Assembly (NCBI GenBank): GCA_964396245.1
Contig: CAYNEO010000004.1
Location: 72,402-136,401 of the forward strand
From: an uncultured Ignavibacteriales bacterium
GTDB taxonomy: Bacteria > Zixibacteria > MSB-5A5 > GN15 > FEB-12
DNA: 64,000 bases
Direction: 5' to 3'
A program made the translations under genes and the position numbers. Of the stretch, positions 32,778 through 42,857 are shown in pieces (within the stretch, counting starts at the first letter, position 1; each line of letters opens with the position of its first letter). A model generated the notes under the pieces. It was given only the letters and a program-made list of their open reading frames with translations. It did no database searches and was not told the origin of the DNA.

Positions 32778-34148
32778 TCATACGTGAACGCGGCGCTTGA
32801 GGCGGGCGCTGAAAGCACCGTCCATCCGGTCGCAGGCAGGATAGGTTTTGACGAAACCGCGCTCATTAATGATGTCACTGTCGTAGAACTGCTCCGCGGA
32901 ATCAATCTCGAATTCCTTGTTACGAAGAAGGAACTCCTCGACAATCTGATCATTCTCGGCGCGTATTATGGTGCAGGTCGAGTATACCATCACGCCTCCC
33001 GGCTTGACCAATCGGGCGGCGCGGTCGATCATCTTGCTCTGCACCTTGGCGAGATTTTCAACGTCGCGCGGCGTTTTCGACCAGCGCAGGTCGGCATTTT
33101 TTCCGGCCGTACCCCATCCGGTGCAGGGCGGGTCGAGCATCACGCGGTCAAACGGACCGCCGTTGAATTCCGCCATGTCACAGGCCACCGGTGCAACAAT
33201 CTTCAGTCCCAACCGCTGGGCATTTTCGACAAGAATTTCCAGGCGCTGATGCGATTTATCGATAGCCGTCACGCGTCCCTTGTTTCTCATCCGAATGGCC
33301 ATGTAAGTAGCTTTTCCTCCCGGCGCCGCCGTCAGATCGGCGACATTCGTGTTCGGCTTCGGATTGAGCAGCCGTACCGCCAGCCCGGCCGATTCGTCCT
33401 GTACAAAGACCTTTCCGGTCCGAACCAGTTCGCTCTCGAGCGGCAGACCGCCGCCTTCGATATGAATGAATTCGGGAAGGTATTTGCCGTAGGAAAAGTC
33501 GATATTGTGTTCCTCGAGTGTATGGGCAACCTCGTCGGGTTTGGCCTTCAGGAAGTTTACCCGGTAGGTCACCTGTGGAGGCTGATTGAAATTCTCCAGC
33601 AACCGCTCGGTGCTGTCAAGTCCGAACTCGCTGAGACAGTACTCCACGAAGTGTTCCGGGTAGCTGTAGTAGTTACACAGGTATCGAACCGGGTCTTCTG
33701 CCTTCGAGACAAACGACACCTTCTTGGGCTCGCGAAGCCTGGCGCGAAGCACGGCGTTGACCAGCCCCGCCTGCGAACGATCCGTGAACCGGTGCGCGAG
33801 ATTCACCGATTCCGAAACAGCCGCCGGCGGAGGCACGCGATCGGTGAACAGCAGCTGATAGAAACCAAGCCGGAGTATATTCAGCAGGCGGTCGGGCAGG
33901 TCCGCCGATGGTCTGGCGAGATAGAATTTCATTTCATAGTCGAGGCGGCGCCGCATTTTGGTCGCGCCGTTGACCAATTGCAGGAGAAACCGGATGTCGA
34001 CCGGTCGGAAATCCTTGCCACGCAAAACCGCCTTGAGCGCGAAATCGGTCTGGTTTCCCTGATCAATCAGCAGCATCGCCTCGAGCGCAGCGGCTCGCAC
34101 CGGGTCAAATTTCGCGGTTTGCGTTTCCTTTTTACTTACATCAGCCAT
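32778..34148 (-). CDS. rsmB: 16S rRNA (cytosine967-C5)-methyltransferase
   Basis: NusB-like N-terminus. DLTAAPGGKATY, MLDPPCTGWGT, YSTCT. Confidence 0.9.
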   Translation of the reverse strand: MADVSKKETQTAKFDPVRAAALEAMLLIDQGNQTDFALKAVLRGKDFRPVDIRFLLQLVNGATKMRRRLDYEMKFYLARPSADLPDRLLNILRLGFYQLLFTDRVPPPAAVSESVNLAHRFTDRSQAGLVNAVLRARLREPKKVSFVSKAEDPVRYLCNYYSYPEHFVEYCLSEFGLDSTERLLENFNQPPQVTYRVNFLKAKPDEVAHTLEEHNIDFSYGKYLPEFIHIEGGGLPLESELVRTGKVFVQDESAGLAVRLLNPKPNTNVADLTAAPGGKATYMAIRMRNKGRVTAIDKSHQRLEILVENAQRLGLKIVAPVACDMAEFNGGPFDRVMLDPPCTGWGTAGKNADLRWSKTPRDVENLAKVQSKMIDRAARLVKPGGVMVYSTCTIIRAENDQIVEEFLLRNKEFEIDSAEQFYDSDIINERGFVKTYPACDRMDGAFSARLKRRVHV

Positions 34149-34151
34149 ATT

Positions 34152-36674
34152 TCACAAATCCATCGGATCAACTATTCCGCCCTCCGGTTCGAGCCGGTAC
34201 ATCGCCTTCCGGTGGAATGAAAGAGCCGGAATCGCGACTGTCAGTCCGTCCGTCAAGAACTCGGCAACTTCGGTTGGCCGGGCATAGCCGCCCTCACCGA
34301 GACCGAGCACCATCTCGAGCATCTCGCCCTCAATACGCATATCGTGAACGGCGGGACGAATATCGATTTCCTTCGTTTCATTCTTGGTCACCCTTTGGCA
34401 TTCGAGGTGCTCCTGTTCCAACAAGCCGCCGACCTGCTGCATCAGTCGATGAGGATCTTCCCACAAACGTATCGGCAACTGATACACGACCCGGTTCAAC
34501 AGCGATGACAGCGACTTATTCTTGCCAAGCACCGACCGCGCTTCCAACAAGTCTATGCCACCGGCCAGGGCGCGGCGCAGGCTGTCGAGCATGTGCGGCA
34601 TGAATCCGGTATCCAGGGTTATATCGACATATTCCGCTTCCGACGTAAACCCCAGCGGCAGCGGCGGACCGAACGACAGCTTCATGGTCGGGTTATACCC
34701 CTGGCTGTACGCCACCGGAAGCCGGGCCCGGCGGAGCGCCCGCTCGAGCATGCGGAGATTATCGAGATGCGACATGTACTTATATGTGGCCTGTTTGCCC
34801 CAGTGGACACGGAAACGATTCTTTGTCGGCGCGCTGACATTGCGCGAGGCCACCCGCTTTTTGCCTCGTCCGAACTCTCCCGGTGTGTCGGCAGCCGGCG
34901 ATTCCGCCTCGCGTGAGGGCCGCACGTACGCTTTCAGTTGTGTCGACGTTTTTTCTCTCTCGTTCTTCAGATGTTCCGTCGAGACGCCTTTCGCTATATG
35001 CGACCACGGCAGTTCCGCCGAAAACGGAATCGCCTCCAGTGCCTGAACCGGATCGATACCGTGTTCCTTGAATGAGTCCAGCCAGAGATCATAATTGAAA
35101 GTCTCGGTCCAGCCGTCAAAACGACAGCCCGTCCGGTAGGCCGTCTCGATGACACCGGCAATATTGCGGCCGCCGCGGCCGAGCACACAGGTGAGACTGG
35201 CCTGCTGCGTGTTGTTATACTTTATGTGAATCTGGTTATGGCGGAGCCGCCCCTTGAGGAACATGATACGACTGAAAAGTTCTTCCTCCGGAAGTGACTG
35301 ATCCCACTGGAATGGTGTGTGCGGCTTCGGCACGAACGGCGACAGCGTAATATTGATCGTTTTCTTTCCGGGGAAGTCACGACCGATCTGATGAATGCGT
35401 CGTGCGAGATCGACAATCCCCTGCAAATCCTCCTGTGTTTCGCTCGGCAGACCGATCATGAAATACAGCTTGATCGTCGTCCATCCCTTTTCGAACATCA
35501 TCCGGGCGGTGTCGAAAATGGCCTCGTCGGGAATGTCCTTCCGAAGAAACAGCCGCAGTCGCTCCGTACCCGCCTCGGGAGCTATCGTAATACCGTAGCG
35601 CCTGACACGCTTGACCGCATCGAGCAAAGCCGGGGTGATATTTCCCGGGCGAAGCGACGGCAACGCGATAGAAACGTGCAGCGGCTCCAGCCTTCGCGCC
35701 AGCGTACCGGCGAGGCTTTCAATTTCCGGGTAGTCCGACGTCGACAGCGACATCAACGAGACCTCTTCATAACCGGTGCGTGTAATCTGCGTTTCCGCCT
35801 GTCTCAGGACCGATTGTTTATCCCGTATGCGAACCGGACGGTAGATTGGTCCGGCCATGCAGAAGCGGCAGCCCTGCGGACATCCCCGCATTATTTCGAT
35901 CCCGAGATGCGAGTGAACCGTCTCGACCAACGGCACCAGCGGCTGTTCGGGGTAATATTCGTCCTTGAGTTCCCTGACAACACGAGCCTTGATCTTTTCC
36001 GGGGCGAAGTCAACAACCGGCCGACGGTTATCATCGTAGAAGGCAGGTATATAGACAGATTCGACCTGCCGGCAGAGGGCCTCGAGTTTGTCCTTTCGCG
36101 GGGCACTGCGCATCTCGTGCAGTATGCCCAGCATCTCCGGCAAACCTTCTTCAGCGTCCCCGATAAAAAACAGGTCAACGAACGGCGCTATCGGCTCCGG
36201 GTTATACACCGCCGGCCCGCCGGCCATGATGATCGGGTGTTCGTTAGTGCGGTCGGCTGAACGCAGCGGCAGTCCCGCCAGGTCGAGCATGGCGAGCATC
36301 GATGTGTAAACCGTCTCATTAACGAGACTGAATCCGATGACGTCGAAATTCCCGGCGGGACGGGCCGATTCCAGTGAGAACAAGGGGATCTTCTCCCGCC
36401 GCATGATCTCCTCGGCATCGGTGTCGACCGCAAACACCCGCTCGCAGAGAAAACGATCATCCTTGTTTATGAGATTGTAAAGGATCTGGAGTCCGACGTG
36501 GGATTGCCCGAGCTCGTACTTGTCCGGGTGGGCGTAGAGGAAATTCAGACGTCCGCGCGGGTCTTTGATAATCTGTCCCAGTTCGCCGCCGGCATACCGT
36601 CCCGGCTTTATGACGTACGGGAAGAACTTTTTCTCGAGCAGTTCTCTCATGTACAATAAGTGCTCCGCTTTCAA
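34152..36674 (-). CDS. B12-binding-domain radical SAM protein fused to a DUF2344 domain
   Basis: Radical SAM cluster motif CPQGCRFC. The C-terminal ~220 aa (YMSHLDNLRMLERALRRARLPVAYSQGYNP) match the DUF2344/TIGR03936 pattern. Confidence 0.8.
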   Translation of the reverse strand: MKAEHLLYMRELLEKKFFPYVIKPGRYAGGELGQIIKDPRGRLNFLYAHPDKYELGQSHVGLQILYNLINKDDRFLCERVFAVDTDAEEIMRREKIPLFSLESARPAGNFDVIGFSLVNETVYTSMLAMLDLAGLPLRSADRTNEHPIIMAGGPAVYNPEPIAPFVDLFFIGDAEEGLPEMLGILHEMRSAPRKDKLEALCRQVESVYIPAFYDDNRRPVVDFAPEKIKARVVRELKDEYYPEQPLVPLVETVHSHLGIEIMRGCPQGCRFCMAGPIYRPVRIRDKQSVLRQAETQITRTGYEEVSLMSLSTSDYPEIESLAGTLARRLEPLHVSIALPSLRPGNITPALLDAVKRVRRYGITIAPEAGTERLRLFLRKDIPDEAIFDTARMMFEKGWTTIKLYFMIGLPSETQEDLQGIVDLARRIHQIGRDFPGKKTINITLSPFVPKPHTPFQWDQSLPEEELFSRIMFLKGRLRHNQIHIKYNNTQQASLTCVLGRGGRNIAGVIETAYRTGCRFDGWTETFNYDLWLDSFKEHGIDPVQALEAIPFSAELPWSHIAKGVSTEHLKNEREKTSTQLKAYVRPSREAESPAADTPGEFGRGKKRVASRNVSAPTKNRFRVHWGKQATYKYMSHLDNLRMLERALRRARLPVAYSQGYNPTMKLSFGPPLPLGFTSEAEYVDITLDTGFMPHMLDSLRRALAGGIDLLEARSVLGKNKSLSSLLNRVVYQLPIRLWEDPHRLMQQVGGLLEQEHLECQRVTKNETKEIDIRPAVHDMRIEGEMLEMVLGLGEGGYARPTEVAEFLTDGLTVAIPALSFHRKAMYRLEPEGGIVDPMDL

Positions 36675-36757
36675 ATGCTACTCGGGCGCTTAGACGATAA
36701 CAGATTATCCGGTCGGGCGCAAGGGACGAAGGACGAAATCCGATGAATTGGAAGCTG

Positions 36758-37756
36758 TTACTCGAGCGGGAGATACGGGACGGCGTCAAGCACGAATTCC
36801 CCGGGACCCGTCTTCTGATAACGGTAATATCCGGCCGCGGCGATCATGGCCGCATTATCCGTGCAGAGTGCCGTTGAAGGATAAAACAAGCGTTTCCGGG
36901 CCCGGTCCAGCTTCTCTTTCATCAACTCCCGAAGGCGGGAATTGGCCGCCACGCCACCGGAGATAGTGACATCGCGAATACGTCTTTCCGTTGCCGCCAG
37001 CACCGTTTTCCGTACCAGGACGTCAACCACAGCCTCCTGGAATGAGGCGGCAATATCGGCCCGATGCGACTCGACCGTTGCCGGGTCGGTCCGCTTCAGG
37101 TACAGCGCGACCGCGGTCTTGAGACCGGAATACGAGAACTGATACCCTTCTTTCATGACCGCACGAGGAAACCGGTGGTAGGTTGGATCCCCGTTTTGTG
37201 CGAGTTTGTCCAGGCGGGCGCCGCCCGGGTAACCGAGATCGAGCAATTTGGCCACCTTGTCGAATGCCTCACCCGCCGCATCGTCGCGGGTTCGCCCGAG
37301 AATGTCATATTCACCGAACTCCTTGACCTCCACCAGCATCGTGTGGCCGCCTGAGACTATCAAGGTCAGATGGTGCGAGTCAAGGTCGGGATGCTCGAGG
37401 ATATTGGCCGCCAGATGACCTTCGATGTGGTTCACCGGCACAAAGGGGATACCCCGGGTAAATGCGAAACCCTTCGCGAACGAAAGCCCGACCAGAAGCG
37501 GACCGACCAGCCCCGGTCCCATGGTGGCCGCCACCAGCTCGATATCAGTCAGCGTGATACCGGCCTCAGCCATGGCCTGCTGGAAAACCGGGACAATCGT
37601 CTTGATATGTTCACGGCTGGCCACTTCCGGCACGACACCGCCGAACTTCGTGTGAATCGCCTGCGAGAGGATCACATTCGACAGAATTCGGCGTCCATCC
37701 TCCACGACGGCAACCGAAGTTTCATCGCAGGATGTTTCAATTCCCAGAGTCAGCAT
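36758..37756 (-). CDS. tsaD: tRNA N6-adenosine threonylcarbamoyltransferase
   Basis: LGIETSCDETSVAVV, VNHIEGHL. 332 aa. Confidence 0.95.
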   Translation of the reverse strand: MLTLGIETSCDETSVAVVEDGRRILSNVILSQAIHTKFGGVVPEVASREHIKTIVPVFQQAMAEAGITLTDIELVAATMGPGLVGPLLVGLSFAKGFAFTRGIPFVPVNHIEGHLAANILEHPDLDSHHLTLIVSGGHTMLVEVKEFGEYDILGRTRDDAAGEAFDKVAKLLDLGYPGGARLDKLAQNGDPTYHRFPRAVMKEGYQFSYSGLKTAVALYLKRTDPATVESHRADIAASFQEAVVDVLVRKTVLAATERRIRDVTISGGVAANSRLRELMKEKLDRARKRLFYPSTALCTDNAAMIAAAGYYRYQKTGPGEFVLDAVPYLPLE

Positions 37757-38675
37757 TACTCTCGATAATAATTTTTACTGATTTTGTCGATGTTTTTCGA
37801 ACTTTGAAATCGGGCGGGTGGTCGACCTTGACCGGCGCATCGCCATTCTGGTCGACCTGCCGGAAATCAGCGGAGACGGTGATCGCAGTCCGGTCCAGGG
37901 CGTCGATCTCATCCGGCGCTCCGGTAAGTTCCACCGTAACAGTCGGCGGCTCGGTCGTGGCGGTGTGCCCGGGAGGTACATTGAATACGACAACCGGCAG
38001 ATTCTCGAATACTCTCGTCTTCACCGGTACCACGTCGATACTGAGGGTGACCGAATCCGGTTCGAGCCACATCCCGTAATGCGGCGGCTTCAGCAGCGGC
38101 AATCTGAGGGCGACATTGTTTCTCAGACCGGTCAGCTCCTCACTGCTCGTCAGGATAGTCGTGTACTGATCAAGAAGAGAACTCGGCCCGTGAAGCGTGA
38201 CTTCGGGCGGCGTGACCTCGACCGGTGCGTTCACGGCAAAGCCGTCGTCCGGAATCGTGACAACATCGGGAATAACCGGAAGGACCACTTCGCCCTGCCG
38301 GTCGATATTCAACTCAATCTGCGACGGGAACACGATGTCGTCCAGGGTGACATTGCTGGAGGCCGAAATCAAGAACGTATTGCTGGTGTTCAGGGTAATC
38401 CGGTGTCGACCGACGAGGTATCGTGACGCGTTAATCCTCACGCCTTCCTCGCGCCACTGCCTGCGCAGGAGCTGTTTTCCGGTTGCCGATACTTTTACCT
38501 GCACCGTATCGGGCGGGTTTGCGGCCAGTGTCAGGCTGTCCTTCAGATCAACCTGCGCGACCGGCAGGTCGACTTCGTAGTTATACGTCTTCTCGGTGGC
38601 GACATGGAACCAGATCAAAAGCCCCATTATGAGGGCAATAATCTTAAGCCAGAAGTTTTCGAGCAATTTCATCAT
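37737..38675 (-). CDS. YbbR-like domain-containing protein
   Basis: N-terminal TM (LKIIALIMGLLIWF) followed by repeated beta-rich YbbR-type segments. Its 3' end overlaps the tsaD start by 20 nt. Confidence 0.65.
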   Translation of the reverse strand: MMKLLENFWLKIIALIMGLLIWFHVATEKTYNYEVDLPVAQVDLKDSLTLAANPPDTVQVKVSATGKQLLRRQWREEGVRINASRYLVGRHRITLNTSNTFLISASSNVTLDDIVFPSQIELNIDRQGEVVLPVIPDVVTIPDDGFAVNAPVEVTPPEVTLHGPSSLLDQYTTILTSSEELTGLRNNVALRLPLLKPPHYGMWLEPDSVTLSIDVVPVKTRVFENLPVVVFNVPPGHTATTEPPTVTVELTGAPDEIDALDRTAITVSADFRQVDQNGDAPVKVDHPPDFKVRKTSTKSVKIIIESNADSGN

Positions 38676-38787
38676 AGGCGTGTCGCACCGCCGCCGAAAG
38701 GCACTGGAATTTCTCTCTGATTAACTGTGTCTATGGTAAAATAGAGTATCGGCAAAAGCAACGTTTTATGTGATTGGTGATGTGTGC

Positions 38788-40263
38788 TCAATCGACACGC
38801 TGGGGATTGTTCCACCAAAAGCGGGTCAAACCCCTGTCACTGCCGACCCACAGGTAGTCGCCGTCGAGCAGAAGGGCGTTAACATAGGTTGACGGCAGGC
38901 CGTCGTCGATGCTAAACTCCCTGGAGTACGGCATGCGCTCGCCCCTGAACAGAAGGGTGAAGCCCCGGTCGGAACTGACAGCGGCGATATCGCTGTTGGC
39001 CGCCAGTGCACGCGGGCGGAACAGGGCGCTCTGAAGCGGGAACTCCTGCGCCTCGCCGGTTGCCGTGTTCAGCATGACCACACCGCCGTCGGATGCAAAC
39101 CAGACCTCGTCCTCGTACACCGCGATGCTGTACACCTCATTGAACAACACCATCTTTGGATCCTGGTACCGCTGTAACTTCCCGGTTTTCAGCGACAGTC
39201 GGTAGGCGCCGGAACTTGCGGCTATCCAGACAAAGTCGTTGAGCCGCTTAATTGCGTAGATGGTCTGGTTGATAAACTCGCCCGGGTTGACGTACAGCAC
39301 CGAGTCGGCCATAAAATCAAGGAGTGTCAATCCGCCCGCCGTCCCCACATACAGCGTATCGCCGATCAGCTCGAGACTCGTGACTTCATCGTCCGTAAGA
39401 CCGGACCTCCGATTCATCTGATCGGTGACCCGATTCAGCTGCCGGTCGTACACTAACAAGCCGATGGCGGTGCCGATGTAAATCGCCTGGCTGTCAGCCG
39501 CGAGGCAGGCAATATCTACCGCCGGAAAATCATTCGTGACCCCCGACTCGATATACACAAAACCGCTGTCGTTTCGGTTAAAGCCTGATATCCCCGTCCG
39601 GTAGCTGTTTTGTATGCGGCCCGTGACCCAGAGAATACTGTCGTCTTCCAGGATAACATCGACTTGATCCTGGAGCAGCCCGTACGGTATCAACTTCATC
39701 ACGTCCGTGACCGATGATGCCGTGGCAGCGCCGTACCCCCAGGTGCCAATCCAGACTGAGCCGGTGCCGTCATCGAGAATATCGGTTATCCGAAATGAAC
39801 GCCCGAACGGATCAATGAGAAAGCCGCCCGCCGAATAGTTGTATCCGAACGGAGGAAACATCGTGTTCGGAACGGCCAGGTGCCTGCTGTTAGTTCGAAG
39901 ATCGGGGATCTCGTCCACGTAGGACCACGTGTCGAACAGCGAGTTGTATTCAAAATCACCGTCGTCGGTCCGGGCATACAGCTTGTCGTCAAACGTATTC
40001 ACCCAGACCCGGTAGACGTCGGTACCTTCGAGACCGACCGCGCCGGTCATCGGTGTATCCCATCGGCGTCGAGTGTAATCGTACGTGATGATTCCGCTCG
40101 ATGTAGCGAAGTAGGCCCGGCTCATGGAGGCGGCAATATCGTTAATGTAATTGAAATCGGCGTAGGTGACCGCCTGGCCCGGAAGCCGTTGACCAAACCC
40201 GGCAGCCGGAAGGCCGGCAATCAGGACTGACAGCAGTACAATGGTGCGTATGGTATATTTCAT
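38788..40263 (-). CDS. secreted beta-propeller repeat protein (two-component-regulator-propeller-like)
   Basis: Signal peptide. Multiple repeats of about 45 aa with Y/W-G-T patterns (IWVGT, LYVGTAGGL, LWVGSDRGL). Confidence 0.6.
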   Translation of the reverse strand: MKYTIRTIVLLSVLIAGLPAAGFGQRLPGQAVTYADFNYINDIAASMSRAYFATSSGIITYDYTRRRWDTPMTGAVGLEGTDVYRVWVNTFDDKLYARTDDGDFEYNSLFDTWSYVDEIPDLRTNSRHLAVPNTMFPPFGYNYSAGGFLIDPFGRSFRITDILDDGTGSVWIGTWGYGAATASSVTDVMKLIPYGLLQDQVDVILEDDSILWVTGRIQNSYRTGISGFNRNDSGFVYIESGVTNDFPAVDIACLAADSQAIYIGTAIGLLVYDRQLNRVTDQMNRRSGLTDDEVTSLELIGDTLYVGTAGGLTLLDFMADSVLYVNPGEFINQTIYAIKRLNDFVWIAASSGAYRLSLKTGKLQRYQDPKMVLFNEVYSIAVYEDEVWFASDGGVVMLNTATGEAQEFPLQSALFRPRALAANSDIAAVSSDRGFTLLFRGERMPYSREFSIDDGLPSTYVNALLLDGDYLWVGSDRGLTRFWWNNPQRVD

Positions 40264-41462
40264 TCAGTTTGCGAACCCAGGTAATCGAGCGTCGCGGCCA
40301 CCAGCAAAGCAGTACCGTAAACCATGGCCGCTTCATCAATTATAAACTCCGATGAGTGCCAGGGTTTATCGGCCCTTATTTTTTTGTTTCGAATTCCCAG
40401 GCGAAACATCGCCCCGGGGACCTTTTCAAGGTAACAGCCAAAGTCCTCTCCGGCAAGCATCAGTTCCGTCTGCGGGACCGGCCGGGGACCGAAAAGGGCG
40501 TGGAAGTTGCGTTCAAGCAATCTGTTGACAGACGGGTCGTTTACCAGCAGGGGATAGCCGGCGACCTCGATAACGTCGTACTTTGCCCCCCGCGCCCGGC
40601 ATACGCCCGCCACCGTTCTCTTGATCAACCTCGGCAGTCTGCGGGCGACATCCTTATCCAGCGCCCGCGCCGTGCCGCTGATTACCGCGCGGTCGGCTAT
40701 CACGTTGCGGGCGGTTCCACCCGAAATCGTACCAAACGTCACAGCGGCCGGTGAGATTGGATTGAGCTCCCGGGAAACAATCTTCTGAACCGCTTCGACA
40801 ATCTCGGCCGCGATCGATACCGCATCGACTGCCGAATGGGGACGGGCGGCATGACCGCTCTTGCCGTGAACGACAATATCAAAATCGTAGACAGAGGCCA
40901 TAGTGGGACCGTCGCGGAGACTGATTTTTCCCGTCGGCAGGTGCGGGTCGACATGGAGGCCAAAAATGACGTCAACGTTCTTCAACGCACCGTTGGCAAT
41001 CATCGGCCGGGCCCCGCCAGGCGGTTGCTCTTCGGCCGGTTGAAAAATAAACCGGACCGAGCCGCGCAAATCCGTCCGCATCTCGGCCAGGATTGCCGCG
41101 GCGCCGAGAACCGTCGCCATGTGCGCGTCATGACCACAGGCATGCATGACCCCGGGATGTTTCGATGAGAATGGTACGCCGCTCTTTTCCGTAATCGGGA
41201 GGGCGTCGATATCGGAGCGGATAGCCACGGTTCGTCCCGGTCGACTACCCGTCAGTTCCGCCAGAACCCCCGTTTCCATCTTAAGCGGGAGGTGCTTCAG
41301 CTTGCGTTTCCGAAGTTCACCTGAGAGAAAGGCGGTGGTTTGGTGCTCCTTGAGAGAGAGCTCGGGAAACTGATGCAGGCGCCTGCGCCACTTGATTTGC
41401 TGCGCGTGCAGCTTGCGTACCCGCCGGAGGATATCTTCCCGGTCGAACCTCTCTTCCGCCAT
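40260..41462 (-). CDS. M20 family amidohydrolase (aminoacylase/hippurate hydrolase-like)
   Basis: HACGHDAH, FQPAEE, and a dimerisation-domain pattern. 400 aa. Confidence 0.85.
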   Translation of the reverse strand: MAEERFDREDILRRVRKLHAQQIKWRRRLHQFPELSLKEHQTTAFLSGELRKRKLKHLPLKMETGVLAELTGSRPGRTVAIRSDIDALPITEKSGVPFSSKHPGVMHACGHDAHMATVLGAAAILAEMRTDLRGSVRFIFQPAEEQPPGGARPMIANGALKNVDVIFGLHVDPHLPTGKISLRDGPTMASVYDFDIVVHGKSGHAARPHSAVDAVSIAAEIVEAVQKIVSRELNPISPAAVTFGTISGGTARNVIADRAVISGTARALDKDVARRLPRLIKRTVAGVCRARGAKYDVIEVAGYPLLVNDPSVNRLLERNFHALFGPRPVPQTELMLAGEDFGCYLEKVPGAMFRLGIRNKKIRADKPWHSSEFIIDEAAMVYGTALLVAATLDYLGSQTE

Positions 41463-41483
41463 ACTTTTGTAACGGCGCGACGA

Positions 41484-42203
41484 TCAGGAAGGTTCTGGTG
41501 AATGCCGCGATTTGGGGCGGCCTCCCTTTTCCATCTTCCGCTTGTATTTGTTGGCGAGAAGGTGCGCGATTCGAAGCGGCTCGGGCAGACGGAATCCGCG
41601 AAGACAGCGCACGATGATATCCCGCGAATAGTTCAAGTCACAAAGGTGACCGGGCGAAATGAACAGAGGCTTGACCTTGTCCTTGGTGCGGTACGCGATA
41701 CCTACTTCGCGTCCCTTATGCAATATCGGCTGCAGTCCTCCCTTGAGTTCCGGCACCGGGCGGTGCGTGCCTATCAGGAGGCGACGGGCGCAGCCGACTG
41801 TCGGTTTGTCGAAGTCGAGTCCGACATGGCAGGCGATGCCGCAACGCTGCGGATGCGCCGTGCCGTGGCCGTGCACGATTATCAAATCCGGGTCCGACTC
41901 GAGTTTCGCGAGAGCCTGGACCATGATGGGTCCCTCGCGGAAATAAAACAGCCCCGGGAAGTACGGGAAAGTGACCTTGTCAAAATGGTACACCCGTTCA
42001 ACTTCCTCCAATTGCGGAAACGACAACACGACCGCACTTGCATACAGATTTTCGCCCCCGAAGCCGTACGCGGTGTCGACCGCCGCAATCATTTTCGGTT
42101 CGTCGGTATTGCCGTGTAGTTTGATTTTCGTCGCGACGTCACGCTGTATGTCAATGGCTCTGTGTTTTGTCGAGGGCCATTCATGGACGTAGTGTAACTT
42201 CAA
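41484..42203 (-). CDS. nfi: endonuclease V
   Basis: AAVDTAY, FPGLFYFREGP, HGHGTAHPQRCGIACHVG. TTG start preceded by AAGGTAGG. Confidence 0.88.
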   Translation of the reverse strand: MKLHYVHEWPSTKHRAIDIQRDVATKIKLHGNTDEPKMIAAVDTAYGFGGENLYASAVVLSFPQLEEVERVYHFDKVTFPYFPGLFYFREGPIMVQALAKLESDPDLIIVHGHGTAHPQRCGIACHVGLDFDKPTVGCARRLLIGTHRPVPELKGGLQPILHKGREVGIAYRTKDKVKPLFISPGHLCDLNYSRDIIVRCLRGFRLPEPLRIAHLLANKYKRKMEKGGRPKSRHSPEPS

Positions 42204-42253
42204 TCAGACCTACCTTTCCCAGAGTCGGAAGAGTCTCAGTAATTACTTAATCG

Positions 42254-42271
42254 TGTACAGAATCCTGTACA
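42254..42271. promoter_or_regulatory. perfect inverted repeat TGTACAG-N4-CTGTACA upstream of nfi
   Basis: 7-bp arms, 51-68 nt upstream of the nfi start, within the nfi/orphan-gene divergent region. Confidence 0.4.
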
Positions 42272-42857
42272 GTGGCTGGTTCGTGTCGTGTGCCCTTAAA
42301 AGTAAGTCAACTGCTTGTTACAAACGCGCAGCTCTTTACTTGAATAAGAAAAATTCCCGCTCGAAAGTCAAGTTTTTGATGCCGTGTTAGCGGTTCTTCC
42401 TCGAACAAAAAACTCCCGTCGTCACTCTGTGACAGCGATAGCAGGCGCCGACTGCCCATGGTGTTCTCCAAAAAACGAACATCATCACATAACCCCGTTT
42501 CACCGGACAAAGTTCCGAAGCCGCTTCAAGAATAGATCGCGGAGTAGTCAGACGATGCGCGAGCGCCGATTACGTATAGATTATGTATCGGTGTCTGCAA
42601 TTTCTCGACTGAATAGTCTAGAACCTTTCGTCCGGGCGCAACCGTTGCGTCCTGTCCTCGCGGCACCGACAAAAAAAACGCAGAACCAATGAGCGTGGAG
42701 CGCCAGTAATTTGTTGACAAGCGATCTCACTGCCGTCATCTTCCGGGTGTATTGCGGGGGAGTTCTCCGCCGCTCATCGCGGGGCAACCCTCTTAAGAAT
42801 TCAACAGGCTAAATCGGGGTCTGACTGAAACGGTCGGGCTTCTACAAGGAGGGGATT

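Noticed and set aside
32784-34220. 478-aa plus-strand ORF
   Set aside because: It is antisense to rsmB and to the end of the radical SAM gene. It is Arg/His-rich and low-complexity, so it is a shadow ORF.
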